This document shows, piece by piece, positions 14,894 to 29,303 of a stretch of 64,000 nucleotides of DNA; position 1 is the stretch's first letter; every line of letters begins with the position of its first letter. Location: the NCBI RefSeq assembly GCF_009914755.1, contig NC_060926.1; one strand, 5' to 3'. A program made the position numbers and the translations under genes. The DNA comes from the human T2T-CHM13v2.0 reference genome, Homo sapiens. The notes beneath the pieces are model-generated. The model saw only the letters and a list, made by a program, of their open reading frames with translations, ran no database searches and had not been told where the DNA came from.

Positions 14894-16259
14894 GTAAACA
14901 TAACTTTCATACACACTGGGAACAGAAAAAATTCACGTGATTTGTTTTATTGCAATATTGGATGGTCTGGAACTGAACCCACAGTATCTCCGGAGTATGC
15001 CGGTATCTATTGACTGCTGACTCCACGGTAGGTGCTCCAGAAACGTGTTAATTGACTGGCAAAAATGTGCAGTGATGTGGATAACGCCTCTTGAAAACCC
15101 TATCGTGAGACCAAAATGAAGAATTCCATTAAGATTTTGTGTTCTCATCCTTGAGATCTTGAAAATATTCCACAGAACGGTGGTAATCCTGCCTATTTTA
15201 AAAATCAGTACATTCAATATCGATATTGCTAACTTTTAACAGATAAAATCCCTTTTTAAAAAAGGAAGTAAAATCATATGGGACACAGTATCTTTCACTA
15301 CTGGAAAAGGTAAAGAATGAGACATTAGCTCATTGTGTCCTTCCATACCCAATGCTAAGAAATTGGCATGAAAACTAAAAAAATTCAGCCAATTATCTGG
15401 ATATTTTAGTTTGTCTTATAAAAAATGGTATATAGAAGGCGTCCAGAATTCTATCATTGCTTAGTTGTCAGTCAAAAAGTCATTGTTATACATAAATATG
15501 ATGTCATATCAATGCATAATAAACCTTCCTGTCAATCAAAAGTATTGTTATGTATAGACTTTGTGTCAGACATTTTAGGCTTTGCATTGAGATATGAAGT
15601 GCATGCAAATTAAAGAAAATTTAAAGATGGCATGGCCACAGGCAAATATATTTTAATAGAGTTAGACTTTACAGGGAAATTGACACTTGAGCAAAAACAC
15701 AAAACGCAAGTAAATACAGTTTGCTAAAAAAGGGAGCTAGGTTTTGAAGGGGGAAAGAAAAGATATAATTTTATCACATACAGGCATATTTTCAATTCAG
15801 ACAATCCACCCATTAGGATTCTATAATTGAAAATGGGAAAATAATAAATGGAGACAAGGTATCAAGACAAACTTCTTGTCTCAATTTCTATATTTTCTAA
15901 TATTTAAAAAATTGTTTAATATAGCTAATTTTCAAAGGAATTATCTGCCCAGTTATATATTACATTGTATGAGATCTAATATCAAAAATAATACTTTCAC
16001 CTGAAAATTTAACTCTTTAATTCAATTTTCCATTCTAATCACTGGCAAAATTTCTTTCACTGAGGGAGTCAGCAAGACTCCTGAAGAACAGGGATTATGT
16101 AGTTGTTCACCTCCTGTCTTGCCCTGAACTCCTCCCTTTATGTGTTCTGTTATCCCTGCTTTGGCTGCAACTAAAATAATAATAATAAAAAAAGAATCAG
16201 CAGGAGGCATAGGACCGGAATGGTCTAAACTCACATCCTATCTAATCCAAGCAGCATGA

Positions 16260-17100
16260 ACCTTCTGCAAGGGTGCCTGCCTAAACCTGGTACTTGCAGA
16301 ATTCCACGTAAGACTTTGGCCACTTAACCTGACACAGGTTCTTCATCTACAAACATATAAAATGAAAATAAATTCATTTACATAATAAACATATATTGAA
16401 TACTTTCTATGTTCTAAATACTAGGATAGAGTAATAAGCTAGAACATGGTTCAACCTAGAAGGGGGGGCAGACTTTAATACATTTTCTGGTTCACTATTT
16501 AGTTGCAGGTGGGATAAGTGCTCTTGAGCAATATACTTGAGGATGTACAGCAGGGGACTCATATACTCAAAGGCAGAGTTAGAGGTGGGTGGGTAGATAG
16601 TCCAGGTGAAAAAAAACCTAGCAATTACAAATGGGCTTTGTGAACCTCACATATAATGATTGTAAGAAAGCACCTTGCAATGTATGAGGGGCTAGATACA
16701 TTCTAGTATTATTAATTTGGAATGTATAATTATGAACATCAGCACTTAGTTGAGAGTTAATTAACATCATAGATACTAAAAATATATGTGTTGAATTGAT
16801 TGCTTTTATAGACCCCTTCACAGTCTGAATTTATTCCAAAAATAAAGTCATGCAATATTAAATGTAAGTTACAAAGTCCAAGAAGGCAAGAGTCATGTTA
16901 TCTTGTTTACTTCTAGTACAGGCCCTAGCATATAGAAGACACTAAATAAACACATGATTTGGGGCTAAACAAAACAATAGACTTTAATTGTTCCATTTTA
17001 CAGATAAGAAAACTAAAGACCAGAGAAACTGCTTTGTTCAAGGTCAGAGGCTACAAATTAGTACAAATAAAATCTGAACCTAGGATTTTGCTCTTAATCC
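16260..17100. mobile_element. Cluster of degenerate MIR and L2 fragments
   Basis: cacttaacct...ttcttcatct, attcatttacataataaacatatattga, ccattttacagataagaaaactaa. Confidence 0.55.
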
Positions 17101-17538
17101 ATTAATAATAGTAAAATTTGTGAAAATAATATGTGATATCCATTGATTACTGACACAGGGGATAAGATCAAAAATGATTTGAGAGGAGATCATTTTCTTC
17201 TTAGGAACAAACAAACAAAACTTTCTGGTAACATATTGTATGTATTGCTTTTCTTTTGCAGCAGGCTGAGATTAAATTTCTACCACATAGGTCACCTTGC
17301 TACCCCTTACAGAGGTTAGGGTGGAACTCAGCAACAAAAAAGTAAGGGGTATGAGTGCCAATTACTGATAGTTAATCTTGAATGCTTCGCAATGGTCAAA
17401 AGCAGGCTAATAAGAGGAATATCATTTTCTCATAAAGCTGAAAAGGTTTGGGGAGAAAATTCATTCTCTTAGTGGAGAGTTTTTTTAACGTGTGTAATTG
17501 AGTGGTAATACTGCTGTAGCTAAGACTAGAAGGCCCCG

Positions 17539-18086
17539 CGTATTTTGTATCTATTGTTGTATGGCAAATTATCCTAAAACTTAGAGTCTTAAAACAACAA
17601 TAAAAAATTATCTTACAGACTTTCTGTGGTTTCAAAACATTTGTTATCTCACACAATTATTGTGGGACAGGAAGTTAGAATTGGTTAAGCTGGATGATTA
17701 TGGCTTGGGGTCTGTTATGAGTTTGTAGTTAAGATGTCAAATGGTGCTACAGTCATCTGAAGGTTGGATGAGAGCCGAGGAAGTCACCTCCAAGATGGTT
17801 CATTCACAGGCCTGGTGCTGCTGGCTGTTGTCAGGAGTCCTTAGTTCCTCACCATGTATACCTCTCCATAGGGCTAAGGGTCTTCATGGAACAGTTGGCA
17901 TTTTCCAAAGTACTTTCCAAGAAAGCAAGGTGGAAGGCACAATATCTTTTACGGCCTAACCCCAAAGATCATACTTCATCGTTTCTGCAGTATTAGAAGT
18001 TATTCTGTGTGGAAGAGGATGGCACAAAGGCATAAATACCAAGAGACAAAACTTACTGATGGCCATATTGGAAACTGGCCACCAGA
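17539..18086 (-). mobile_element. MaLR LTR (MLT1F/G/H-like)
   Basis: tatctattgttgtatggcaaattatcctaaaacttag...cctccaagatgg...ggccatattggaaactggccacca. Confidence 0.75.
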
Positions 18087-19176
18087 TCACCCAAGATCAC
18101 ATGCTCTTCCAGGAAAGAAAGTGGACATTGGGACCACAGTATAAAAAAGTGCCTATAGTACACCAGTTGCACCTGGTTGGTAAATTACAATGTAATAGAA
18201 TAAAACCTTCACTTGCTTACCTTTTTGTAAAGCAAGGGAACTATTAAAATTTCTCAACTTAGGTTCAAACAAACAAACACCAAGCATAATAAGGAAGCAT
18301 AAAATGTAGAAAAACATTCTTCCCTAGTATCAGGGGACATATTTCGTGTCAAGTTTGAAATAATTGGTAACCAGAAGGGACTATATACGCTGGCAGAATT
18401 GTTCTGAAAATATCTTCATCCTGCTGATCAATTCACAGCGAGATGCTGGTAACAGTCAGAGGAGGTCACAAAGTTTCACTTGCTAGATAGAGAAAAGATG
18501 TTCCATGAAGGAGGTAGAGGAACTGAGAGATACAGGAAGTTTGTAAAAGGGCAGAAAGGTGATCTACCCTAAAGGTGGATTGCAACTCACCCAGAGATCC
18601 CTGAAACTACTCACCACCAAACCAAGCAATAGTACAACCTCATCACACAAGGCAAGGGATTTAGACTATTTGAGACCAATTCACCATTGAGTACCTCTGT
18701 GGGAAGCTTGGTTTAATCCCAAAGATGGGTATTTCTTACTATCCTGAGGAAGTGTACATTCTCACAGTTCCTAGCCAAAAATGAAATGTGCTTCAAAGTA
18801 GGTCAGAGCTGAATAACAGCTCTCAGGAGCTTTGCAGTACACCATGCATGTAAAGGAAGAAAAACAAAGCTGCTTAGAGAAGAGTCTCAATTCTCAGATT
18901 TTAGAATGAATTCTGTAGCTGGAATGAAGAAAAAAATAATTCTTTTGCATTTACTGAATGATTGCAGTAAGAACTTTGGCCATTAATTTTATCCTCTAGC
19001 TTGATTTTTCTTCTTCATACTTCCATTTTTTTAGGAATTTGGGTGTATGATAACTACTCCAGATTCTGTTATTAACAAGTAACTTACAGATTTTTGTTTC
19101 AATAAACTTTCTGAAAGTTAATCTAATCATACCCAACTAAGTGTTTCCAACTGTTTCTTATTATCCGCAGTAACAA

Positions 19177-19470
19177 TTTTTTTTTTTTTAGACGGAGTCT
19201 CGCTCAGTCGCCCAGTCTGGAGAGCAGTGGGGCGATCTCGGCTCACTGCAAGCTCCGCCTCCCGGGTTCACGCCATTCTCCTGCCTCAGCCTCCTGAGTA
19301 GCTGGGTCTACAGGCGCCTGCTACTACGCCCGACTAATTTTTTTGTATTTTTAGTAGAGACGGGGTTTCACCGTGTTAGCCAGGATGGTCTCGATCTCCT
19401 GACCTCGTGATCCGCCCGCCTCGGCCTCCCAAAGTGCTGGGATTACAGGCGTGAGCCACCGTGCCTGGCC
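19177..19470 (-). mobile_element. AluY
   Basis: Y diagnostics gcaagctccgcctcccgggttcacgccattct and gttagccaggatggtctcgatctcc; CpG-rich; 17-bp TSD tatc(c/t)gcagtaacaatt. Confidence 0.97.
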
Positions 19471-19546
19471 TATCTGCAGTAACAATTCTTAACCATGGAA
19501 TAATTTGGAGAATACACACATTTGACACTAAAAACAGTTAACGTTT

Positions 19547-19563
19547 TGATAGGTAGATAGATT

Positions 19564-19603
<40 letters not shown>

Positions 19604-19748
19604 CTGGGTGGGAAGATGAATGAATAGATGGGTGGGTGGATGGATGGACAGATGGATGAATGGATGGGTAAGTGGGTAGGTGGGTGAATGGATGGATGGA
19701 TGAATAGATAGATGATAGAAAGATAGGTAGATAGATAGATAGATATAG
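19547..19748. repeat. Compound (GATA)n/(GGAT)n/(GGGT)n microsatellite
   Basis: Directly visible tetranucleotide runs. Confidence 0.95.
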
Positions 19749-19899
19749 ATGTGTTTTCTTGAATGGCAAGCAAGGGGCTGCAGTTCGTCTTGAGCAAGCA
19801 AAGGTGAATGATGCAGCTATAATTTGTGTTCATTAATGGTATCACAGTGAAATAGAGATTGAGAGCTCTTGGCCTGCATTATAAAGTGGATCTTCCCAC

Positions 19900-20850
19900 C
19901 TACCATTTTGAACCATGTCTAATGGAGCACCTTTCACTTACTGTTCCTGCACATGCCCCACATTTTCCCACTCCCAGGCCTTTGCTCATATTGCCCCCCA
20001 GCTTCTCTGATTAGCTTTACATGTCTAAATCCTAGCTAATTTTTAAAAGCTTACTGCCACCTTCTCATAAATGTCAAGTCCAACAGACCCTTTTCTCTGA
20101 ACTCCTAAAAATATCTTTGCTTTTGCACTCCTCATTTGATTTTTGATTCGTGACACGGGGGAGGTTTAGACAAAGTGATTAATTAATTAAACTAATATTT
20201 ATTGAGCATATATTATGCTCTTTGTATTGAGAATACAAAGTTGATTAATCACAGACTCTTTCTGGTAAGTTCATAATTTAACAGTAATGATAAATAAGTA
20301 AGTTACCGCTCAGTGTAATAAATTCTATGATAGCTGTAAGGATGGAGGGCTGGAGAAGCACAGAAAAAGAAGTGACTTGAAATTCATATATTTAGTTTAA
20401 CAAACACATACAAGGAAACTACTACTGCCAGGAACTGTTCAAAGTGCTTCATAAACATTAACTGATTTTATCCATCTGACAATTCTATAAGGTAGGTATT
20501 GTTATGATCCCCAGTTTACAGATGAAACTGAGACATGCTCACACAGCTAGTAGGTGGAGAGCCAGGATCTGACCCAGGCAGTCTCAATCCTGAATCTTTG
20601 CTAAGAATTATTAGACAATGCTGGCTCAATGGCTATTGAATAATCAAAAAAGTTTTGAAAATAGACTTATTTTCATGAATAAACTCCATGAACGTTCATG
20701 GAATAAATGGCTTCATTCATGATGGATGTATAGGAGTTTGATAGGCAAAGAGAAGAAAGAAGGGCATTCCTGCTAGATAGATGGAGATGTTTCAAGATGT
20801 ATAAATATGAAAGAACAGAAAGTATCTGGAAAACTGGAAAGTTCCCCTGG
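19900..20850. mobile_element. L2 and MIR fragments
   Basis: cccaggcctttgctcat, aatatttattgagcat, ccccagtttacagatgaaactgag, agggcattcc. Confidence 0.6.
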
Positions 20851-20899
20851 CAGGTACTGGGCCTGTCTGCCTCATTTCCATTCTCACTCTTTCCCTGTT

Positions 20900-21312
20900 T
20901 GACACTGTATCACAGGAGAGCTACTGCTACAGCAATGTTGTCCAAACATATGCATGAAGCCAGGTTTGCCACTGGGAGGCCCTGGACAGACACTGTAGAC
21001 AAGAAGGCAAGCAGTGGTCAGAATATTTTTCCCAGACTCTTGTCTGTGGCAGGGCCTCTGGCAACAGCTGTGTCTCCTGGTCAGTTCCCACCAGGTGACT
21101 GGGCCCTGGTCCGCTGTCTTGCCCCTTGGATCCTCTAACCCAGATGTGCTGGGTGCCCTGCAGTTGCTAACCTCTGAGCTGTTGCACCATCCTCTGCCCA
21201 GTTTCTCACCGCTTCTATTTCCTGTGTAAGCAACCCCTAGTACTAATTCATTTTACATACACACAAAAAATTTTAGATAGGCTTTTGTTTTCATGCTTAG
21301 ACCCTGACTGAC
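20900..21312. mobile_element. Old ERVL-type LTR (LTR33/LTR16-like)
   Basis: gtttgccactgggaggccctgg motif, GC-richer block, ends gaccctgactgaca. Confidence 0.4.
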
Positions 21313-21956
21313 ATATTCAGAATATTAGGGACAGAGTGTATTCACCATATGTGAGAGAAAAAGGTATGAGTTTCTCATTGACGAACAGAATAAAAAATTG
21401 CAATGATAGTTTATTTACTCTTTACCTTATATTTTAAAACCTTATGTTTTGCATAATGCATAATTAGTAAAGTGATATGTCCATAAATAATATATTATGT
21501 ATTAAATGTAATGTATAATTTAAATCTATTTAATGTATTTATAGTTATACAGTATTTATAAATTATACAAGATATCTATGTACTATATATAAACATATGT
21601 TATATTTTATGCATCTTAATAATTCTATTTAAATGTATTTAAATATATATTTTAAGATATTCATTCTCAAAGACTGTTTCTCCGATGGAGCATTCATCTG
21701 AAAACTTTAGAGTCTCTAATACAAAAAGACATTTAGTCAGTATCATTATAATGTCAACAAAATTCATAAGTCATCAGCATCTCCTCTTAGTGATAGGCAC
21801 TGTTGTGTGAGAACTCATGATAGAAGCATATTAAAACAGCTTCACAGAATGACTTATGTCACTTATGTGGGCACAATGACTACTAAGACTTCTACAGTTG
21901 ATTTTATTTTCTCCCAGGCATGGCTGAACTAAATTAAGCACTCTAACATTGGCCAG

Positions 21957-22040
21957 AAAAAGAAAGATGGAAGGAAGAAGGAAGAAGGAAAAAGAAAGGA
22001 TGGAAGGAAGGAAGGAAAAATGAAAGAAGGAAGGAAGGAA
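21957..22040. repeat. (GAAG)n purine-rich simple repeat
   Basis: Directly visible. Confidence 0.85.
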
Positions 22041-25007
22041 ATCTCAAATAGCATGTGGTCAGAAATGAAAAGGTAAAAATGGCCCCAAAGGTCCAGCTTC
22101 CATCCTTGCAACACTGTCCCCAGAGTGAAAGATTCTTAGAAGACCAGAAATCCTTCCTTTTGGATGGTTGGTGCCTATAGAGGATATGTGGCTCCTCCTG
22201 AATGTGGTTCAGCCCCCGGTTCCTCTTTTCCTACTCTGGGGATCAATAAAAGAATAGGGCTGAACCCAGGGTATCAGATAGACAGAATAGCTGCAATGCC
22301 CAGTGAAATGCACAATTTATTTTTATTTTTAGATGAAAATAATAAAAAGTGTCTGTAGATAGAAGTTTTAATATTTTTTTCTGCATTCTACTTTGGAAAC
22401 TACTGTTTTATGTAATTTTCCACTTTATTTGGCATTTTTAAATGCTAGTCACCTTTATTTGTGTTTTCAAATGACCTGAGGGGAAGAACAGAAGGAGTGG
22501 GGAGAGAGAAACAGCTAAAATAGCTTAACACCTGAGCTTGCTCATACTGCTCTTTTGCAAGTTCATGCTTCTGCACCAGTTGGTTCAATCTGGACAGAAC
22601 CCTGGGAAATGAACAAACCTATAGAATAATTTCTCTGTGTTGTGCTTCATGTTTCAGAGTAGCTATTTTCAACTAGTATCACAGAGTGCTGCTACCAGCA
22701 ACTGTTAAATTACATAGGAATTTGACTTCACACTGTTTATTGAAGAAATGCTAGAGCATATTAAGTGAATTTTTATTGTGCTTATATATTTCTCAAATGC
22801 AACTACAATGCTAAGTGCCTTTATTAGAGTGAGCAAGTTGATAAAGCATTTATAACATATAAATATTTGAAATTTATATTTTCAAATAGTCTATGAAAAC
22901 AACATAAAGTAATGGTTTACTTTGGTGTTTGGGAAAAGAAAGAGTAACTAGAAATAGAAATAAAAAGTCTTGATATAGAAAACACATATCATCTACATTG
23001 GAGATTTAAGAAGATTATAAAAATATATGTGTCGTAAAATATATGCTTTGTGGGGTAATTTTAAGAAATAAGAAAATCTAATCTTATTTGAGAAAACCAG
23101 CATTTAATTTCCTTTGGGTTCTCCCTTTTCTATCTTTGAGAATTGCAAATCTCTCAGTATTATCTGTTATATATCTTCCCTAGTGCTTAGTTCTTGGATT
23201 TATGTTCTATTCAACTACTGATTGCATTAAATAACAATGTTAATTCTCAGTAGTTATTAGTTGAAATTAGCTAAATTATTTGAAATCTCCCTATCAGGAT
23301 AAAACTACAATTTAAAATACCTTTGTTACTTTTTTGGCAAGGGAACACCATTATTATAATCACCATCTCCTAAAGATAGTATTTATTACTTCTGTGTAGA
23401 ATAGAGAACATTACAAGATTCACCTTTAAAAGAGCACACAATGTAAGGATAAAAAGGTAGAAATCATTTTCATCTCTCCACGCACCCATAGGTTACTGTT
23501 AAGAGAAGAAATAAGATTTGCTTCACAAACAAGCGTATGCGTCACTGAACAGACAACAGCTCACTAGGTATATTCTGAAAAGCTTTTTAAAAGCATATGA
23601 AAGAGTGAACAGTGGATTTTTCTTTTTCATACTAGGCTGCAAGCTATAGTAAAGTGGTTTTCTAAGCATATTTCAATATATACATATGCATGTATGTATG
23701 TACATATTCCAGATATTGGTTTATTTAAAGGAAAAAAATACCAGTTTTCCAAAGCATAGATTCCAAGGGGTATAATTAAGTTTAAAATTTTAAAGACATT
23801 TTGGACTTACTTTAATATTTCAGGCTGAAAAAAAAGTGAATGAGGTGGTAGTGGTTGGGAAGATACTCATTTGGCTGCTCAAAGAGATGTGTCTGGGTTC
23901 TGGGACCCCTCAAGTACAGCAGCAGCTGCGCCTGTAGATGATCCTGCACCTATTCCAAGAAGTGCCTGGCTGGAAATAGGAAATTCATGTTTCCTGATTA
24001 CCTGCGCCAAATGCAGGGAGAAGCATTGTCAAGACCCTGCAATTCTTCTCGTTGGGTTTGTCATCGATGCTGTGGGTACAGTTTTCCAAAAAACAAAGGA
24101 TAATGAAACTGAGTTAGGAGAATTTGATCATTTCATAACTCTGCCTATTAAAACCTTATATTCATTCCAAAAACTATAGAATGTGTGGATTTTCCAATTG
24201 TTATTCTCCTGGGATTTGAAAAATAATCTTCTTAAGCCAAAACTTTTTCTGAGAGTGGGAGAAAGAAATTTTATTTCCTGGAAACCTAATGAGAAATTGG
24301 GAAGCATAATAATAGAGCTGTTTTATTCATCACTAATGGACATATTTTGGAAGTAAAAAGTATAAAGAAACTATGAAAATAATCCCACTATATGCCAGAA
24401 TTTTTAGAAAAAATAGTTTTATAGAATTAAAATTGAGGGAGGAAAAATTAAATCAAAGAGTGAGAAATAAATATAAGCTTTAATCCTAGGAAGAGTTAGA
24501 AGTTAAACATTGCAGAAGAAATACTGAAAAGCCATACTGCCAGAAAAAGTCCCCTCATATCTGCCACATTGCTGAGATTTCACTATTAAAAAGCCCTTAT
24601 TTTTTGATTTTTAACAAAAATCCTTTTGTGGCTCTCAGAGCGTTCCTCTTCCCAAATCAAAATATCTAATAGTTCTAGTGATGTTACATTGTGATTGGTG
24701 TCAAATACACAATTTGAACCCAGGTCACCTGACTGCCACCCCAGTGCTATTATCTAATAGTAATCTTGCTCAAAATGGAATTTTAACTCAATGCTAATCT
24801 GAAAAATAAAAATATTCTTGACCATTTTAATGCCGATATTTGTGTCTAGAGTTGTGCCAACTTTAATTATCTTTATTAATTATCAACTTTAATTATCTTG
24901 GACTGAAACAGATAAAAACTTAATGCATCCCAAGTGGCGGCCAAATGAGGTAGGGGAGCACTGTGCTAAGGAAGCTTTCACATAACTTTGAATAGAGAAA
25001 GTGATCA

Positions 25008-25414
<407 letters not shown>

Positions 25415-25653
25415 TCACATTAAATTAATGTGGGTAATTTAGCTCTTGGCTTTATATATTTGATTAACTTTAACTTGTAAATGTGTGAATACTGTTTCAC
25501 GGTTGTATAAAACTTTTGAGCATACGGGGGTCTGAGAGAATTCTTTTAAAAACAAAACATTATTGGAGTTCTGAAGTTTAGCAAACTGTGTCCTTTACTA
25601 GTTGAGACATTGGACTCTCTTGTCTCACTCCCACTTGTAATGGAGATAATTGA

Positions 25654-25684
25654 TGTGTGTGTGTGTGTGTGTGTATGTGTGTGT
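25654..25684. repeat. (TG)n microsatellite
   Basis: Directly visible, one TA interruption. Confidence 0.95.
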
Positions 25685-26293
25685 ATCGGCTGCAAATACA
25701 GAGCCAAATTAAATGTTAGAGGACCCAGGTCCTTTGGTGCCTAATTCAAATCCAAGGGCTTTTGAGCACAGGGAGATGACTTCTAGGTAACCAGGTAACC
25801 ACTTTTATATATTGAGTTTGTGTCTGAACGCAAAATTTCCATGTGTTAGTCATTCATTCTCATTCGTGGTCTCACTTGAACAATTTCCTGAAGAAAATGT
25901 GTATTTTAAAATATGCCTAATTTCTAGAAGTCCCAATAATTGGGAAAGAACTCCTGTTCATTCATTCTGCATTGTTACTTGGGGACAGAGCTGGGACTTG
26001 AAGGCAGGAGAACTGAACTCCAGAGCCTGTGTCTGTTCACCTCCTTGCTTTAGAGACTCAAAGATTGTTCATTCTAAAGTGATGACATAAAGACAGTCCC
26101 CAGAATGGCTATTACATCATTGAAGTAATGGTGACATTGAGCTCTAAGAAGTGACAAAGGGAAGTTCTAGTTCTGGGAAGCTCTATTAGGCAGTTTTCTA
26201 GAATTTCTCTTTCTCCATCCTTATGTCTTTTTGCTAAATTCTTACCTCCAGCAGTCATCTGACTATGTCGCTAATCTTTTAACAGGAGAAAGC

Positions 26294-26692
26294 TGTATCA
26301 GTGATCTACTGTTGTATAACAGACCATCCCCAATTTAGTGTTTGAAACAATGATTTATTGTCATGTTCCCATGAATTCACTATTCTGTTCCATGTAGTGT
26401 TGGCTGGGATCACTCATGCATCTGCACTCAGCTGGTGGCTGGGCTAGGGTACATTGATTCTTTTCCTCTAGATGGTCTCTGTCTCTCTAGCAGGGTTCTT
26501 TAAAGCACAGCAGCTAGATTCCAAAAGGGAGCATTCCAAAAGGACTAACCCCAGTGTGCAAGTGCTTATGGAACTTCTGGTAGCCACAGCAATTTACATG
26601 GCAAACCCATGGTCCATGTGGAAGGGGACTAAAAGACAGTATTCATGCAAAACAGTGTGATTGATTGGGAGCCATCAATGTGTCAGCCTACA
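26294..26692 (-). mobile_element. Old MaLR LTR (MLT1H/I/J-like)
   Basis: tgtatcagtgatctactgttgtataacagaccatcccc...ttgggagccatcaatgtgtcagcctaca. Confidence 0.7.
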
Positions 26693-26994
26693 AATGAAAT
26701 GTAGCTATGTACGAATTTCCATTTTTTAATGTATTTTCAAGGAGTGTCGGAATGTGATTACATTTTGTATGTATGTGATTACACATGTGCAAATCTATTA
26801 ATATAATGTGATCTTGCCTGTTAAAGAGACATATAAGAATCTGGAATAGGCTCCAGAGAAGTTCTACTTGCCCCTCACCCTCTAATTTCCAAACAAATTT
26901 CAGTTCATGGCAAGTGACACATGAAATAAACCTGACAATGGACAGGGGAATGGTGTAAACATGCAACATTCAATGTATTAGAAAAAGTTAACGT

Positions 26995-27047
26995 TATCCT
27001 GCACATGTACTCCTGGACTTAAAAGCTGAACAAAGAAAAAGAAAAAA
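26995..27047 (+). mobile_element. Extremely 5'-truncated L1 3' tip
   Basis: atcctgcacatgtactcctggacttaaaa plus A-rich tail is the primate L1 3' terminus. Confidence 0.6.
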
Positions 27048-27361
27048 TGTGAATATGGACAATAATTCTAAACAAACAGGGCAGGTATTTAAAGAAATTA
27101 ATTTTTAAAAGTGAAATTATAGGTTCTTAAACCTAAATTTTGTGCAAAAAAAAAAATCCTTCCACGTATTGGCGTATCAGTCCCCCCTATTCAAGGGCCT
27201 TGATCATCATTTGTGAAGCTCATTAGTTTCATATCTGATGCCAAGAGAAGTAATAAGGTCCAATCACTGGGAGAAGGTACATATCAAGGTGGGTTTTGCA
27301 AGGTGAGATATAAGCTAGAATTTGGGGAAACATGTAAAACTTGGCATGATATAAAAAAAGA

Positions 27362-27758
<397 letters not shown>

Positions 27759-28541
27759 TCATTTTGATTGCTTGGCAATACAATTCCTTTCTTTTATATT
27801 TAATCAGAATGTTTGTACATCTATTTATTAATTGACCCAGTGGGTAAGACGACCACAGTGACTGGGCTTAGTGTAAATACTCATTAGTTCAGTTCTCTTG
27901 ATTGGATCAGATGACCCTTTTACCCATACGATCAATACATTATGTGACGCATAAATGGTTCGTCCAAACTTCTAAGGGTGACATTACTCCATTCAACAGT
28001 GCTCTCCCCACAGAGAAATAAGCATAGCTAAGGAAATAACTTCTTTTAATGAGATTAATCCCGATGATAACTTAAAAGGCAGTTTTACTGCAAGATGTAG
28101 ATGACTTTCAAACCTCCTTATTAATTAAAATATTGAATCATTTTTGGTGTCATCAACATGGTGGTTATAAATAAAAGTGAGACTGGGGGAGTAGTTTTTT
28201 AAATAAATGAAGCCATAACCCTAAAATTTTCTGCCACGGATTACCCTGAAACTCTTCATAAATTCACCTAGAACAGGATTTAAATGATGCCTGCATTAAC
28301 CATAGTCAAAACTGGTGATCAAATGCATTTCTACCCACAGAAACCCAGATGAAGGAATGCTGAGCCCTTCTTTCCACCAGGACCTAAATATTTCCTGAAA
28401 GTTTGAAACTCGAGGCTCAGCGTCTACTCCTTCCCCAATATTTCTGCAACAATTTTATTGGGACCAATAATTTATGCAAATGTGAGGCTGAACAGTTGGG
28501 CTCCTCTGGGAGCTTTCCACTGTGTTGGTGCTAGTTTGGAT

Positions 28542-28575
28542 CGTGTGTGTGCGCGTATGCGCGCACGCGCGCGTG
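28542..28575. repeat. 34-bp perfectly alternating purine/pyrimidine (TG/CG) tract, Z-DNA and hairpin candidate
   Basis: CGTGTGTGTGCGCGTATGCGCGCACGCGCGCGTG. Confidence 0.85.
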
Positions 28576-29149
28576 GAAAAACCGGGTATTTCCCTAAAGG
28601 AGTTTAGTTGACACCAAGAGGTCACTCCCCTGAGGAGCCGGCTGCAGGGCGGTGATTCGCCCCCGGGATGGTGGCGGCGATTCCGTGCGCCTTCCTGCAG
28701 TTGGACATCAGTTATATTTCAGGCTTTCAAAGTAAACGACGAACTCAGCACTTTGGCAGAGTCCAAAATCCGCCAGCGAACTTGGGTGCTAGAGTTCGGC
28801 GGGAAGAAAAGGTGACTCAGAGATGCAGCACATTTTTCTGGCACTTTCCACCGAGGATACTCTAATAAACGGGGGAGGGGGAAAGAGGGAGGGAAGGAGA
28901 GGAACACCCTCCTCCTCTTCCAGAAACTGCACCTCAGCCTGAAATTTGGGTATTATTTTACCTGTATTTATAAAAACCACCACCGCACTCCCTGCACCAA
29001 CTACCCAACTGCCTCGACTTCCATTAAAAGCAGCTACTAAGACTAAAGAGAGGGAAAGACTAAGGGCGGGGTGGGGGGAGAGACAAATAAATAAATAAAA
29101 GAGAGCGCGAGGGGGGAAGGGGAGAGAAGGGAGAGGGAGCGCCTGGGAC

Positions 29150-29295
29150 TCGAGACGGCGGCAGGTTCAATTAGCTAAACAAAGAAATCATGGCGGATTG
29201 TTTACATTTGGCAGCGCCCGGGCTGCGCCGACCGCCGGCCCCGAGCCGCCGCGGGCTCCGAGGAGTCGGCCGAGCTGCTCCCGCGCCCTGGCCGG
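29150..29295 (+). ncRNA. LINC01122: Putative first exon of a long non-coding RNA (5' boundary approximate)
   Basis: Within the CpG island; ends at consensus donor CGG|GTAAGT (29296-29301); no coding exons downstream. Gene identity is recalled from the IK-pseudogene neighbourhood and is unverified. Confidence 0.5.
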
Positions 29296-29303
29296 GTAAG
29301 TGA
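29190..29303 (+). CDS. Candidate small ORF (35 codons to the donor; 37 aa if unspliced) MADCLHLAAPGLRRPPAPSRRGLRGVGRAAPAPWP-GK
   Basis: aaAtcATGG strong Kozak (A at -3, G at +4); open across the exon; below the ORF-track cutoff; no homology recognised. Confidence 0.2.
   Translation: MADCLHLAAPGLRRPPAPSRRGLRGVGRAAPAPWPGK

Noticed and set aside
19470-19845. SIYL/SIHP-repeat ORFs
   Set aside because: Translations of the GATA/GGAT microsatellite
20685-20702. Perfect 18-bp palindrome TCCATGAACGTTCATGGA (also CAATATCGATATTG at 15215-15228)
   Set aside because: Chance expectation for a 9-bp arm in 64 kb is about 0.25 or more; it sits among decayed L2/MIR sequence with no other support
21470-21660. 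Very AT-rich quasi-palindromic tract (similar one at 34160-34220)
   Set aside because: Low-complexity AT sequence without long perfect arms; not a convincing PATRR
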